From positions 1,669 through 65,668 of the forward strand of contig CAZCGJ010000001.1 in the NCBI GenBank assembly GCA_964498295.1: a stretch of DNA of 64,000 nt. Reading direction: 5' to 3'. The DNA is from Candidatus Woesearchaeota archaeon. GTDB lineage: Archaea > Nanobdellota > Nanobdellia > Pacearchaeales > GW2011-AR1. How positions within the stretch are numbered: position 1 is the first letter of the stretch; each line of letters begins with the position of its first letter. Below are positions 29,279 to 39,451 of this stretch, piece after piece. The translations under genes and the position numbers were made by a program. The notes under the pieces were generated by a model, which made no database searches, had not been told where the DNA came from, and worked only from the letters and a program-made list of their open reading frames with translations.

Positions 29279-30088
29279 TTATATTAATTGAGGTTCATAA
29301 AATTTCTGTCGATACATTTCCCTATTAACTTTCTCTGGTTTAAAATGCCTCTTGAAAATTTTAGAAAATAAGGTCTCTTTTTCTTTCTCACCTGCAATTG
29401 CAGAAGCCAATTTTTTAATTTCCCTTGAAACCTCATTCACACCATCATATACCGTTAGAGGAACTCTAAAATGCCCTGCCTCGAGTATTTTCTTGTGATC
29501 TTTAACTCTAGCCAAAACAGGAAGCTCAATTAGCTCTTGTATTTCAGATAAGTCTAGCTCATACTTTGAATCTTTAATTCTATTAATTATAACCCCGACA
29601 ACATTAGTCTTATTGTGTCTAGCCATCTGTGCAGCTTTAATAGAAGTATGTAAAGTAACTCTATCAGGTGTTGTAACAATAAAAATTTTATCAGCAGCAG
29701 CAATAGCGGGCAACATCTCAGAATGGTGAGGGGAAGAATCTATAACAATAAAATCGTATCTGTCCCTATACTTCTCAAGAACTTTTTTTAATTTTAAAGG
29801 ATCTATTTTATCATTAAAATGCATAGAAGCAGGAACAACATCCATACCATAAGATTCGTATATTGCTGCATGTAAACCTTCGTTATCGCTCAAAACGTCA
29901 TGTATTGTTAAATCATCTTTCAAATCAAGATACAGCCCGATATTGGGAGCAGAAAAATTTGCATCAACTAATAAAACTTTTTTTCCAAAATCATTTGCTA
30001 AAGCAGAAGCTGTCTCCATAGCAATAGTTGTTTTACCAACACCTCCTTTTATAGACACAAAACTAATTATTATCCCCATATTCACCAC
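29279..30088 (-). CDS. MinD/ParA-family P-loop ATPase
   Basis: Deviant Walker A KGGVGKTT, followed by LLVDANFSAPN and Walker B DFIVIDSSP. Confidence 0.75.
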   Translation of the reverse strand: MVNMGIIISFVSIKGGVGKTTIAMETASALANDFGKKVLLVDANFSAPNIGLYLDLKDDLTIHDVLSDNEGLHAAIYESYGMDVVPASMHFNDKIDPLKLKKVLEKYRDRYDFIVIDSSPHHSEMLPAIAAADKIFIVTTPDRVTLHTSIKAAQMARHNKTNVVGVIINRIKDSKYELDLSEIQELIELPVLARVKDHKKILEAGHFRVPLTVYDGVNEVSREIKKLASAIAGEKEKETLFSKIFKRHFKPEKVNREMYRQKFYEPQLI

Positions 30089-30170
30089 TTTTTACGAATA
30101 AATAAAGAACAAGATCTTTTTAAGATTTGTGTTTACTCAAGTAGCAACAAACTAGCCATAACAAGAATAC

Positions 30171-30998
30171 CTAAAATGATTGAGCAACAGATAAATGAGA
30201 TCTTATCTTTGCATAAATTAGAAGAACTAAAAAGATAAAGGCATTAATTAACACAATAGTACCAGAAACTGCAAAATCAAAATAATATGCAATTACAATC
30301 CCAAAAATTACTGAAGAAACAGAAATTAGCAAGGAACAGCCAAGTGTTTTCTTAAAGCTAGTTTTAATTTGTAAAGCAGATGCAGACGGTAAAATAATTA
30401 AAGCAGATGCTAGCATTAAACCAACTATATTCATTGAACAAACAATTGTAATTGAAGTTAGAACAATAAGCATAGAATTCAAGAACTCTACTTTTATTCC
30501 AGAAACTCTTGCAGATTCTTCATCAAAAGATATGTAAAATAAATCTTTATAATAAACAAGTATAAAAATAATGACAATTAAAGCCAAAAAAATAGACAAA
30601 TATAGTTCTGTATTTTTTATTGCGAGAATACTCCCAAATAAATAGCTCAAAATATCAACATTGAATCCTCTTGCAATACTAGCAATAAAAATGCCCAAAC
30701 CCAAACTAGCATGGCTTATTACACCTATAGCGGTATCTCCGTGGATATCTGCCTTTTCCTTAAGTTTAAGTATCCCAAAAGAACCTATCAGTCCAAATAG
30801 AAGAGCACCGAAAAAAGGAGTAACATTAAACAATAAGCCGGTAGCGACACCTCCAAAAGAAATGTGCGCAATCCCGTCCCCAATTAATGAAAATTTTCTT
30901 AAAACCAAAAATAACCCCAAAAGAGAGCAAGCAATAGCAATTACGATTCCAGAAATAAAAGCTTTTTGCATAAAGGTATATGTCAATATCTCAATCAT
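30171..30998 (-). CDS. znuB: Metal (Zn/Mn) ABC transporter permease, ZnuB/ABC-3 family
   Basis: 8-TM permease with MIEILTYTFMQKAF...GDGIAHISFGG signature; start moved to the internal Met. Confidence 0.75.
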   Translation of the reverse strand: MIEILTYTFMQKAFISGIVIAIACSLLGLFLVLRKFSLIGDGIAHISFGGVATGLLFNVTPFFGALLFGLIGSFGILKLKEKADIHGDTAIGVISHASLGLGIFIASIARGFNVDILSYLFGSILAIKNTELYLSIFLALIVIIFILVYYKDLFYISFDEESARVSGIKVEFLNSMLIVLTSITIVCSMNIVGLMLASALIILPSASALQIKTSFKKTLGCSLLISVSSVIFGIVIAYYFDFAVSGTIVLINAFIFLVLLIYAKIRSHLSVAQSF

Positions 30999-31752
30999 TA
31001 TTATCCTCATCCAAACACAGTTTATGTTCATGTTTATGTGCTGGATCATTCATACAGAAATCCTTATGACTCCCATAGAAATGAAGTGTTTGATTTATAC
31101 TTGCTATCTTGGTTACATATTTTGTTATCCTACTAATATCATGACTTACTAAAAGAAGGGTTATTCCCTTTTTATTTAACCTACCGAGTAATTCATAAAA
31201 ATATTTTTGATTTTCTTGATCTACTCCTGTAGTAGGTTCATCCAATATCAATATTTCCGGATTAGCAACTAGTGCTTTTGCAATCAAAACTCTTTGCTGT
31301 TGACCCCCAGACAGTTCAGTTATTCTTCTTTGCCCAAAGTCTTGCATTTTTACAGTAGAAAGAGAATTTTTTATCTGAATATTATTTTTTTGTGTTATAA
31401 TCTTTGGGAATTTTTTAATAGAAAGTAGTCCCATTGAAACGACTTCGTTTACAGTTGCTGGAAAGTTTTTTTCGATATTAGTTGCCTTTTGGGGAACATA
31501 CCCTATCTTATGCCATTCTTTAAAGTTTACTAAATTTTTTCCTAAAATACTGACTCTTCCCTTTTGAGGAACAAGTATGCCTAGAATTATTTTAAGAAGC
31601 GTTGTTTTTCCAGACCCATTTGGACCTATCAACCCGACAAAATCACCTTTTTTAACAGTAAAAGAAACATCTCTAACAACAATAGCATTCCCATATGAGA
31701 ATGAAATGTTATCTAATTCAAGTAATTTATCCATAAAATTAACTACATTCAA
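30991..31752 (-). CDS. znuC: Metal ABC transporter ATP-binding protein (ZnuC-like)
   Basis: Walker A GPNGSGKTT, ABC signature LSGGQQQR, Walker B ILILDEPT. Confidence 0.85.
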   Translation of the reverse strand: MNVVNFMDKLLELDNISFSYGNAIVVRDVSFTVKKGDFVGLIGPNGSGKTTLLKIILGILVPQKGRVSILGKNLVNFKEWHKIGYVPQKATNIEKNFPATVNEVVSMGLLSIKKFPKIITQKNNIQIKNSLSTVKMQDFGQRRITELSGGQQQRVLIAKALVANPEILILDEPTTGVDQENQKYFYELLGRLNKKGITLLLVSHDISRITKYVTKIASINQTLHFYGSHKDFCMNDPAHKHEHKLCLDEDNND

Positions 31753-33112
31753 GGCCTATTTTAAGGTTTGCTAAATTCTCTTCCATTAAAGAAACAAAAG
31801 TTACTCCTTCTTCAAATTGTTCTTTAAGAAGATTGTGCGCAGGATTTAAGATGAGTGTTTTTGCTCCTGCTTCTTTTGCAATTGTTTCTGCCATTTTTGG
31901 ATTGACGAGTTTTTCAAAATAGATATATTTTATTCCATGCTCTTTTGTTAAATCAACAATTTCCTTTATTTTCTGAGGAGTTGGCTCCGAATCAGGAGAT
32001 ATCCCAAAGGCCGATATTGTCTCTAAATCATATTTGTTTGCAAGATATGAAAATGCATTATGACCGCCAGAAATAAACTCTTTTTGCTTACAGTTCGAAA
32101 GAGAGCTTGTATAGTCTAAATGTAACTTACTTAACTTTGCATTATATTCTTTTGCATTTAGTAAATAGTACTCCTTATTCTCAGGGTCTTTATTAGAAAG
32201 CAACTCTGCAATCGCATTAACAATTTTTTGATCATTCTCAAAATCAAGCCAGATATGAGGATCGTATTCTCCGTGATTATGATGGGCTTCTCCTTCCGGC
32301 TCTTGAGCAGCTACTTCTATATCTTCTTTATTTGAATCTTTAAAGAAATGCTCTTCTGATTCAAATTCGGTTGGCATATGTTCAGTATAAAATACATACG
32401 AACCAACCTGAGTAATTTCTATCTTGAAAGTTGTTACTTCTTTTGATTCGTCGAAAATTAATTCATAATTAAACTCTCCAGAGGTTAAGGTTTCATTATT
32501 ATTTTTTTTAATTGCATTTTTTAAGAATACTGCTGTTGCAAGTTCTTCTTGTGATTCTATCCCATCGCTATCTAAAGAAGTTGTTTTTAGTAATACCATA
32601 TGCATTGCAGGATCAGCATATTGCCCATCTACTTTAGAAAAACTCCAAGTATAAACCCCTTTTTCAAGTTCAAAAACTCCCGCCCATTCAAATAAATGCT
32701 CGTCCTCTTCATGTTCATCGGAGTGCTCTTCATGATCACTAGTTTTAAGAAGAGTTACCTTTGAACTTGCATCAAGTAAAGTAAGTTCTTTGTTATTTGT
32801 TCCTTCAATAATATCGTGAGCCCAAGGTTCCATACCTGCGCCAATATAAACAAAGACATCTGCATTATTGATTTTTACAATATCGCTTGGCTTAGGTTCA
32901 AATGTATGAGCTTCTGCGCCTGGAGGCAAAAGTAAAGACACTTCTATTTTTTCCCCACCAACTTCTTTTGCGAACTCATATAATGGATATAGGGTAGTTA
33001 CTACTTCAATGTTATTATCAACTTCACCAGAAAGATTATCTTTTTGAAAAAATAGAACTCCTATAATAACTAGAATTATAACAAGAGTGGCTAAAATATA
33101 TTTATTTTTCAT
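31739..33112 (-). CDS. znuA: Metal-binding lipoprotein/solute-binding protein ZnuA (TroA-like) with a long His/Asp/Glu-rich insertion
   Basis: Cluster-9 SBP motifs (VTTLYPLYEF, DPHIWLD) and a His-rich loop SDHEEHSDEHEEDEH...EAHHNHGEYDPH. Confidence 0.75.
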   Translation of the reverse strand: MKNKYILATLVIILVIIGVLFFQKDNLSGEVDNNIEVVTTLYPLYEFAKEVGGEKIEVSLLLPPGAEAHTFEPKPSDIVKINNADVFVYIGAGMEPWAHDIIEGTNNKELTLLDASSKVTLLKTSDHEEHSDEHEEDEHLFEWAGVFELEKGVYTWSFSKVDGQYADPAMHMVLLKTTSLDSDGIESQEELATAVFLKNAIKKNNNETLTSGEFNYELIFDESKEVTTFKIEITQVGSYVFYTEHMPTEFESEEHFFKDSNKEDIEVAAQEPEGEAHHNHGEYDPHIWLDFENDQKIVNAIAELLSNKDPENKEYYLLNAKEYNAKLSKLHLDYTSSLSNCKQKEFISGGHNAFSYLANKYDLETISAFGISPDSEPTPQKIKEIVDLTKEHGIKYIYFEKLVNPKMAETIAKEAGAKTLILNPAHNLLKEQFEEGVTFVSLMEENLANLKIGLECS

Positions 33113-33173
33113 CTTGTCTAAAAAGAGATAAAATCATTTATAAATACTATTGATTCTAATTATCAATAAGAAA

Positions 33174-33560
33174 ATGGAAAGAAAATCTAGAAACACCAAA
33201 CAAAAAGAACTGTTGCAAGAAAAATGCACCGACTTTAAAGAATTTTTTACAGCAGAAGAACTACTTAAAAAAGCAAAAGAAGAAGACGAGTCTATTGGAA
33301 TTGCGACCATATATAGATTTCTAAAAGACAAAAAAAAGCAAAACAAAATTTTCTCATACGTTTGTGATAGAAAAACAATTTATTCAAATCAAGAGAAAAG
33401 CCACTGTCATTACATATGCGAAAAAACAGGAAAAATAATACACTTTAACATAACTAATTTAGACTTCCTAAAAGAAATAAGATCAAAAATTCCTGGTTCA
33501 ATTAATAGTTTTCAAATAGAAATAAAAGGAATATGTAGGGATTGTAAAATCAACAACTAA
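33174..33560 (+). CDS. zur: Fur-family metalloregulator (probable Zur), divergent from znuACB
   Basis: wHTH segment (IGIATIYRFLK) plus C-terminal HCHYIC...CRDC metal-binding cysteines; start moved to the internal Met MERKSR. Confidence 0.65.
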   Translation: MERKSRNTKQKELLQEKCTDFKEFFTAEELLKKAKEEDESIGIATIYRFLKDKKKQNKIFSYVCDRKTIYSNQEKSHCHYICEKTGKIIHFNITNLDFLKEIRSKIPGSINSFQIEIKGICRDCKINN

Positions 33561-34375
33561 TTTAAACCTTCCATAAAACCCTTCATTTGCAAAGCCCCGG
33601 CATCTTGACTATCTCTAGATTCAGAAATTAAAACAGGAAATATATTGAATTCTTTGATTAACTCACCTAAAGGATTAAATTCTGGGAAAACATTTTTCTC
33701 TAAAACAGATCGATGCATCTTCTCCCCCTTATCTGTAAATTCTACAGGGTAAAAGTGGCAATGCAACTCTTTCAATACATGTCTTCCGAGTCTTTTTTCA
33801 ATTTCAATTAACGCCTCTCTAAACTGTTCTTTAGTCTGCATTTTACCTAACGTTCTTGCATGTATATGTGCCCAATCTATACAAGGCAAACTTTCAGTAT
33901 TTTCACATATAGTCAAAACATCATTTAAGCTACCAAGTTGAGAAATTTTTCCCATTGTCTCTGGATGAATAGTTATTCCTTTAGGTTTATTTTCTTCAAC
34001 AATTTTCAAACACCTAATAACAGATTTTACATCTTTACCAAATCCAGGATGAAATACAATTCTCCTTGCACCCATTATAGAACCCAATTCCAGAGTCTTT
34101 TGCATTTCCTTTATAGAATTTTGAACTGTCTTCTCTTTTTCAGAAGTAAACACAATATAATAGGGTGCATGAATACTCAAAAAAATATCTTTTGCTTTTG
34201 CTTTCTCACCCATTAAAAGAGCATCTCCCTTTTTCATTTTCGCACCATAAGTCATCATCCTCTCATAAGCGTTCAAACCAATAGAATGAATCCAATCAGG
34301 AGCATTAACTCTATTTTTCCCATACTCTGATTTAAAAAAATTAGGAGGATTTCCAGAAGTACCGTATCTAATCAT
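33557..34375 (-). CDS. nfo: AP endonuclease family 2 (endonuclease IV, Nfo-like TIM barrel)
   Basis: Metal-ligand motifs IHAPYY, HPETMGK, IDWAHIHA, ELHCHF in Nfo order. Confidence 0.65.
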   Translation of the reverse strand: MIRYGTSGNPPNFFKSEYGKNRVNAPDWIHSIGLNAYERMMTYGAKMKKGDALLMGEKAKAKDIFLSIHAPYYIVFTSEKEKTVQNSIKEMQKTLELGSIMGARRIVFHPGFGKDVKSVIRCLKIVEENKPKGITIHPETMGKISQLGSLNDVLTICENTESLPCIDWAHIHARTLGKMQTKEQFREALIEIEKRLGRHVLKELHCHFYPVEFTDKGEKMHRSVLEKNVFPEFNPLGELIKEFNIFPVLISESRDSQDAGALQMKGFMEGLN

Positions 34376-35022
34376 AATATTCCTAGCTCTTTAAGTTTTC
34401 TTAGAGTATCTGCATCTTTAGGCTTAGCAGTTATTATCTGAGCCTCCTCCTTAATTCCTAAAGCAATATAATCTCCTTTTTTATATAACTCTCCAACTAA
34501 AGAAGAAGTTATAGCATCTAATTCATGATCAGTAATTTTATCTTTGGAAACATCTCCTTTGAACCCATAATCAATAAGAGCCTTTCTTAACTCTTCAATC
34601 CCTGCCTTTTTTCTAGGCATTGCAAGTAAATCTTGTGCACTTCCCGGATAAGTTTCAATAACTTCATATCCTTTAGCCTCCAAAATTTTCCTAAACTTCA
34701 TCCCCCTATTTGTAAGTTTTTGCATCCCGCCAAATCCACAAGGAAAAATTCTAACACCAATTTTTACCATTTGTTTTTCACCAACACGCATACAACCGAA
34801 CTTCCTGCATTCACAATTATAATCTAAACAACACCTTCCTTTCGGATAACCTAGCGGAGAATCTATAGTAATTAAATTCGCACCAGATTTTTCTATTGCA
34901 TATAAAATCTCTTCATCAGTATGCAAAACACAAGTTATTGTTTTAAAACCATCAACGATAGCAAATCCTGTTTGTCTTTCTGGAACACCTGCCAAATCAA
35001 CTCCGACTATTTTCATAAACAA
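34372..35022 (-). CDS. Hypothetical RNase H-fold protein (DUF429-like)
   Basis: MKIVGVDLAG...FAIVDG N-terminus typical of YqgF/DUF429-type nuclease folds; weak. Confidence 0.4.
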   Translation of the reverse strand: MFMKIVGVDLAGVPERQTGFAIVDGFKTITCVLHTDEEILYAIEKSGANLITIDSPLGYPKGRCCLDYNCECRKFGCMRVGEKQMVKIGVRIFPCGFGGMQKLTNRGMKFRKILEAKGYEVIETYPGSAQDLLAMPRKKAGIEELRKALIDYGFKGDVSKDKITDHELDAITSSLVGELYKKGDYIALGIKEEAQIITAKPKDADTLRKLKELGIL

Positions 35023-35070
35023 AAAACACTAGTTTTATATATAAAGACTCGCTCAAAAAATTTGACTAAA

Positions 35071-35673
35071 ATGGATATATTAAAACTCTTTCAATACGAA
35101 GAAAAACTCAAATTCTCCGATATAGAGAAAGCTCTAAACGTAAGATCTAACAAACTAACGTATCATATAAAAAAGTTGACTAAAAAAGGCATTTTGAAAA
35201 AAGAAGGTAAATACTATTTACTATCTGAAACATCAGAAAGAATTATTCCATTTTTATCAGAAAAAGACTCTACTCTTCCAGCAGTATTGATTCACATTGG
35301 AGACTCAAAAGAATGTTTTCTGATAACCAGGAAAAAAAGACCATTCAAAAGTCTCCTAAGCATGCCTGGAGGGAAAATACTTGTTGGAGAATCAATAGAA
35401 GATGCAGTTAAAAGAATAATGAAAGAAAAATACAATTTAGATACAAAGCTGGAAAAAATAAATTCAATATCACTAGAACAAGTAATAACCAAACAACAGA
35501 AAATAATCCATTCTTTTCTTTTAATTTATGTAAACGCCGCAACAAAAGACAAAATAAATTTAGTAAACATAGAAAAAAATAAAAAGAAAATAATTACCAG
35601 CGACTATTATTTACTAAAAAATGATTCAAATAAAAAAATAGATATTAAAACGATAAACACAATTGAAAGATAA
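35071..35673 (+). CDS. NUDIX hydrolase with an N-terminal winged-helix domain
   Basis: Nudix-box-like GGKILVGESIEDAVKRIMKEKYNL; start moved to MDILKLF (the longer ORF overlaps the upstream gene). Confidence 0.55.
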   Translation: MDILKLFQYEEKLKFSDIEKALNVRSNKLTYHIKKLTKKGILKKEGKYYLLSETSERIIPFLSEKDSTLPAVLIHIGDSKECFLITRKKRPFKSLLSMPGGKILVGESIEDAVKRIMKEKYNLDTKLEKINSISLEQVITKQQKIIHSFLLIYVNAATKDKINLVNIEKNKKKIITSDYYLLKNDSNKKIDIKTINTIER

Positions 35674-35674
35674 C

Positions 35675-37234
35675 TTATTCTTCCTTAACTTTTTTCTCAA
35701 CCAAGTTTCCAAGTTTGAGTAAATCTTCACCTTCAACAAATTTTCTAACAACGTCTCGCAATTCAGAAATTTTAACACTTACTTGTTTTTCACTATCTCG
35801 ATCTCTAAGAGTTACAGGACCGTCTTTTTCAATACTCGAATAGTCAATAGTAATACATAAAGGAGTTCCGATTTCGTCTTGTCTAAGATATCTCTTACCA
35901 ATACTTGCACTTTCATCCAAAACAACTAAATAATCCTGAGATAATGTTTCAAAAACATCTTTTGCAACTTTTTGTAATTCTGGTTTTTTCATTAATGGTA
36001 AAATAGCTGCTTTTACAGGAGCAAGTTTTCTTGGAAGTCGAAGTTTAGTCTTTCCTTCTTGTTCGGCTTTCTTGTCATAAAAATTATCTAAAACACCAAG
36101 CAATAATCTATTTGGACCAATAGCAATTTCTAAAACATGAGGTATTTCTTTTTTATTTGTAGTAGGATTCAAAGCAGATAAATCTTTTCCGCTAAACTTT
36201 CCATGAGTAGTTAAATCATAATCAGTTCTATCGTGACAGCCACAGCACTCAATCCATCCAAAACTATTGAACTTAACTTCTAAATCCCAAGCATCATCAG
36301 CATAAAAAGCCAATTTCTCAGGCATATGTTGTTTAAGTCTAATATTTTCATCAGAAATTCCAAGTTCTCTAAATAATTGATAAGTAATACCTAAAGTCCA
36401 AGCATACGCTTGATTTTTCAAAACTTTATTTTTCATTGCATCACCAAGGGCCATTCTAGTTATTCCTTTCTCGTCCTTCTGATTCTTAGCAGTTAAAAAT
36501 GGAAGAACTAATTTTTCAACCTCTGAAAACCTAGCAAAATTTTCTTTTTGTTCTTTAAACAAAAATACCTGAGCTTCGGCTTGAGTAAATTCTCTTCCTC
36601 GAATTACATGCTGTCTAGGAGAAATCTCATTTCTGTAAGCATTACCAATTTGGAAAATTCCAAAAGGAAGTTTATCTCTAAAAAATCTAACATAATTCAA
36701 GAAAGGCAAATAAGTAGTTGTTGCAGTTTCAGGACGATTGTACATTTCAGTATCAATCCCTACTTGAGTTTTTAACATTAAACTATGCTTCTTTACATCA
36801 TCAGATAATTTTGTTTTGCAACTTGGACAAGAAACAGTATTTTTCTGTAAAAATTCTTTTAACTGCTCAATTGTCAGAGGATCCGTATCAATATCAAACT
36901 GCTCAGAAATTAAATTATCAACTCTCCAAATAGAAGTGCATTTAGTACATCTAACTAAGGGATCAGAAAATCCGCCTAAATGGCCCGAAGCTTCCCATAC
37001 AATTTTAGGAGTTACAATAGGACATTCAACTTCAAAAAACTGAAATCTATTAAATAACTTTCTTATAGAATTTTCAATATTATTTTTTAATGTCTTACCA
37101 GCAGGACCAAAATCGTAAAAACCAGCCATACCTCCGTAAATCTCCGGACTTGGACCGTATACAAAACCCTTATCAGACACAAACGCCATTAAAGACTTCT
37201 TAAACTCTTCCGCACTTTTGTTTTCTTTTGCCAT
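35675..37234 (-). CDS. glyS: Glycyl-tRNA synthetase, archaeal/eukaryotic alpha2 type
   Basis: Class II motifs and the GlyRS-specific insertion; anticodon-binding C-terminal domain. Confidence 0.9.
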   Translation of the reverse strand: MAKENKSAEEFKKSLMAFVSDKGFVYGPSPEIYGGMAGFYDFGPAGKTLKNNIENSIRKLFNRFQFFEVECPIVTPKIVWEASGHLGGFSDPLVRCTKCTSIWRVDNLISEQFDIDTDPLTIEQLKEFLQKNTVSCPSCKTKLSDDVKKHSLMLKTQVGIDTEMYNRPETATTTYLPFLNYVRFFRDKLPFGIFQIGNAYRNEISPRQHVIRGREFTQAEAQVFLFKEQKENFARFSEVEKLVLPFLTAKNQKDEKGITRMALGDAMKNKVLKNQAYAWTLGITYQLFRELGISDENIRLKQHMPEKLAFYADDAWDLEVKFNSFGWIECCGCHDRTDYDLTTHGKFSGKDLSALNPTTNKKEIPHVLEIAIGPNRLLLGVLDNFYDKKAEQEGKTKLRLPRKLAPVKAAILPLMKKPELQKVAKDVFETLSQDYLVVLDESASIGKRYLRQDEIGTPLCITIDYSSIEKDGPVTLRDRDSEKQVSVKISELRDVVRKFVEGEDLLKLGNLVEKKVKEE

Positions 37235-37265
37235 AAAATTACATAAATAGGCAATTTATAAAGTT

Positions 37266-38246
37266 TTATACAGTACCTGCAGCCTTCCTTAAACGATTCA
37301 TAATTGCCCTACCGAGTCCCTTTTCCTCGACTTCTTCAACAATAATTGCATCAAAATTTTTATTGTCTGCCATTCTAAAAAGATTAAACAACTCTCTAGC
37401 CATCAAAACAAAATCTTTATTAAAACAGTAATAAAAATCAGAGTCTAATTTTAAATCATCAAACACAAAAACCGCGGTTTTCTTATCTTTCAAACCTTTC
37501 AATTTTTTAATAATCTCATTTCTTTTTACAACAAGAACTTCTGCCTTAGGAGAATAATGTTTATATTTCATTCCAGGAGAGGCAGGCTTATCTGCAGAAA
37601 AAGAGGTTTCAACTTTTCCAATAAAGTTCTCTAACTCTTCTAAACTAACTTTTCCAGGTCTAAGCAATCTAGGTACTTTTCCAGAAACATCCAAAACAGT
37701 AGACTCTAAACCAATATTACATTCACCACCATCAATTATCATATCAATTCTCCCACTCAAATCATCAAAGACGTGTTTAGCTCTAGTAGGGCTTGGACTT
37801 TTAGATAAATTGGCACTCGGAGCAGCAATTGGAACTCCAGAATTTTTTATTAATTCGAAAGCGATTTTATTAGAAGGCAGCCTAACAGCAACACTATCCA
37901 AACCGCAAGTTACTCCATTTGGGATTTTATTAGATTTTTTTAAAACTAAAGTCAACGGGCCGGGCCAATATTTCTTTATTAGTTTTTTTGCGATTTCAGG
38001 AACATCTGCAGCTACTTCATCTAACATTTCCAAACTAGAAACATGAACGATTAGAGGATTATCTGCCGGTCTATTTTTAGCCTTAAAAATTTTTAAAACG
38101 GCTTTATTATCCAACGCATTTGCACCTAAGCCATAAACAGTTTCAGTAGGAAAAGCTACAAGACCCCCAGATTTAATAATTTCTGAAGCTTCATCTATCA
38201 ATTTATTATCAATTTTTTCAGGATTTATTTCAATAAACTTTGTCAT
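37266..38246 (-). CDS. sua5: L-threonylcarbamoyladenylate synthase Sua5/YrdC
   Basis: YrdC motif AFPTETVYGLGANA plus a C-terminal Sua5 domain; start moved to MTKFIEI to avoid the tRNA-Cys overlap. Confidence 0.85.
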   Translation of the reverse strand: MTKFIEINPEKIDNKLIDEASEIIKSGGLVAFPTETVYGLGANALDNKAVLKIFKAKNRPADNPLIVHVSSLEMLDEVAADVPEIAKKLIKKYWPGPLTLVLKKSNKIPNGVTCGLDSVAVRLPSNKIAFELIKNSGVPIAAPSANLSKSPSPTRAKHVFDDLSGRIDMIIDGGECNIGLESTVLDVSGKVPRLLRPGKVSLEELENFIGKVETSFSADKPASPGMKYKHYSPKAEVLVVKRNEIIKKLKGLKDKKTAVFVFDDLKLDSDFYYCFNKDFVLMARELFNLFRMADNKNFDAIIVEEVEEKGLGRAIMNRLRKAAGTV

Positions 38247-38253
38247 AGGAATA

Positions 38254-38325
38254 AGCAGGTAGCAGGAATTGCACCTGCGCATCAGAGGGTTGCAGCCTCT
38301 TGCCTTACTGCTTGGCTATACCTGC
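38254..38325 (-). tRNA. tRNA-Cys (anticodon GCA)
   Basis: Hand fold: acceptor GCAGGTA/TACCTGC (one mismatch), 3-bp D-stem GCC/GGC, anticodon stem AGAGG/CCTCT with loop CTGCAAC; T-loop TGCAATT is unusual. Confidence 0.7.
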
Positions 38326-38375
38326 ACTAAATTGACAAGAAAACCTGCATTTTTAAAGATTTGTTAGATGAGGAA

Positions 38376-38870
38376 CTATTTTTTCATCCAATCTGGAACC
38401 GGGACTTTTGTAACAACTTCCATATTAACGGGCACAGAAATATTCTTATTTATAACAAATGCCAATTGTTTATCAATATCTAAACTAATATTTTTATTAA
38501 TCTCTATTTTTTTGTAAACCATTATCGATGTATTTATTGGAATTGTTTTCTTTATTGGCACATCTACGACTACGTCTCCTGTTGGCAAACTCAACGGAAC
38601 CCTTAACACTTCATTTAATTCTATAAAAGTAATTATTGGAACACTTTCATTAACAATAAAAGAATCACTAAGTGGAAAATCTACTTTAGTTTTTATGGGA
38701 ATATCTACTGATTGATTTAATTCAAAACTAAAAGTTTGATTAATGGGAATATTAACCTCAAATAAAGACTCTTGTAAAACGGTCTGCCCATAAACATAGC
38801 CACCATACGCTGCAGCCAAAATAACTATCAAAAAAATCAAAAATTTGAAAGCACTACCTGTGAAACTCAT
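38376..38870 (-). CDS. Membrane-anchored hypothetical protein with repeated V/P-rich beta-strand motifs
   Basis: N-terminal TM helix, then a repetitive VPI/VDVPIKKTIPI region. Confidence 0.35.
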   Translation of the reverse strand: MSFTGSAFKFLIFLIVILAAAYGGYVYGQTVLQESLFEVNIPINQTFSFELNQSVDIPIKTKVDFPLSDSFIVNESVPIITFIELNEVLRVPLSLPTGDVVVDVPIKKTIPINTSIMVYKKIEINKNISLDIDKQLAFVINKNISVPVNMEVVTKVPVPDWMKK

Positions 38871-38920
38871 AACAACCTAAAAATATTTTTCTTTTTAAAT
38901 ATTAGCTAAAAAGAAGATTA

Positions 38921-38995
<75 letters not shown>

Positions 38996-39043
38996 ATAAA
39001 TTAATCAGACAAAAAATGCTATTTAAAACTTTCCTATACAGAA

Positions 39044-39370
39044 CTAGGCAACAAGATATGCAGAATCTGCCCCAAAATCTTCAATCAATCCCTGACATCT
39101 ACCCCTAGACGCATTAACTTCTTCTTCAGAAGGATTAGAAGAATCATCCAAATGTTCAGATAAAGGAATAGTATACCTTATTCCAAATGCAAGCCTACAT
39201 GAAGCAACACCATAGTTAGTTTTTGGCCTATTCAAAAATCTCTCCGCAAAAGACAACCTAGCTTGTGGAAAAGAAACGCTTTCTATAAAATAAACATGTC
39301 CTTCTTTATCCACAAAAGTAGAATCAAATAAATCTTTCTTACCTATAAAGTCTCTAAGTGTTTTAGACAT
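39044..39370 (-). CDS. Hypothetical protein (108 aa)
   Basis: ORF only; slightly GC-richer; no motifs recognised. Confidence 0.3.
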   Translation of the reverse strand: MSKTLRDFIGKKDLFDSTFVDKEGHVYFIESVSFPQARLSFAERFLNRPKTNYGVASCRLAFGIRYTIPLSEHLDDSSNPSEEEVNASRGRCQGLIEDFGADSAYLVA

Positions 39371-39451
39371 ATAGAAAAAAAAGATACGTAATTTAAAAGG
39401 ATTCGTATAGTAAAATATAATATTTATAAACTATCTGTCCGATAATAGACT

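Noticed and set aside
33150-33180. Apparent 1-nt disagreement between the printed sequence and the ORF-track translation around the zur start (MILIINKKMERKS...).
   Set aside because: Most likely my own hand-counting or reading slip. The downstream frame and stop agree with the track, so I did not call a frameshift or pseudogene.
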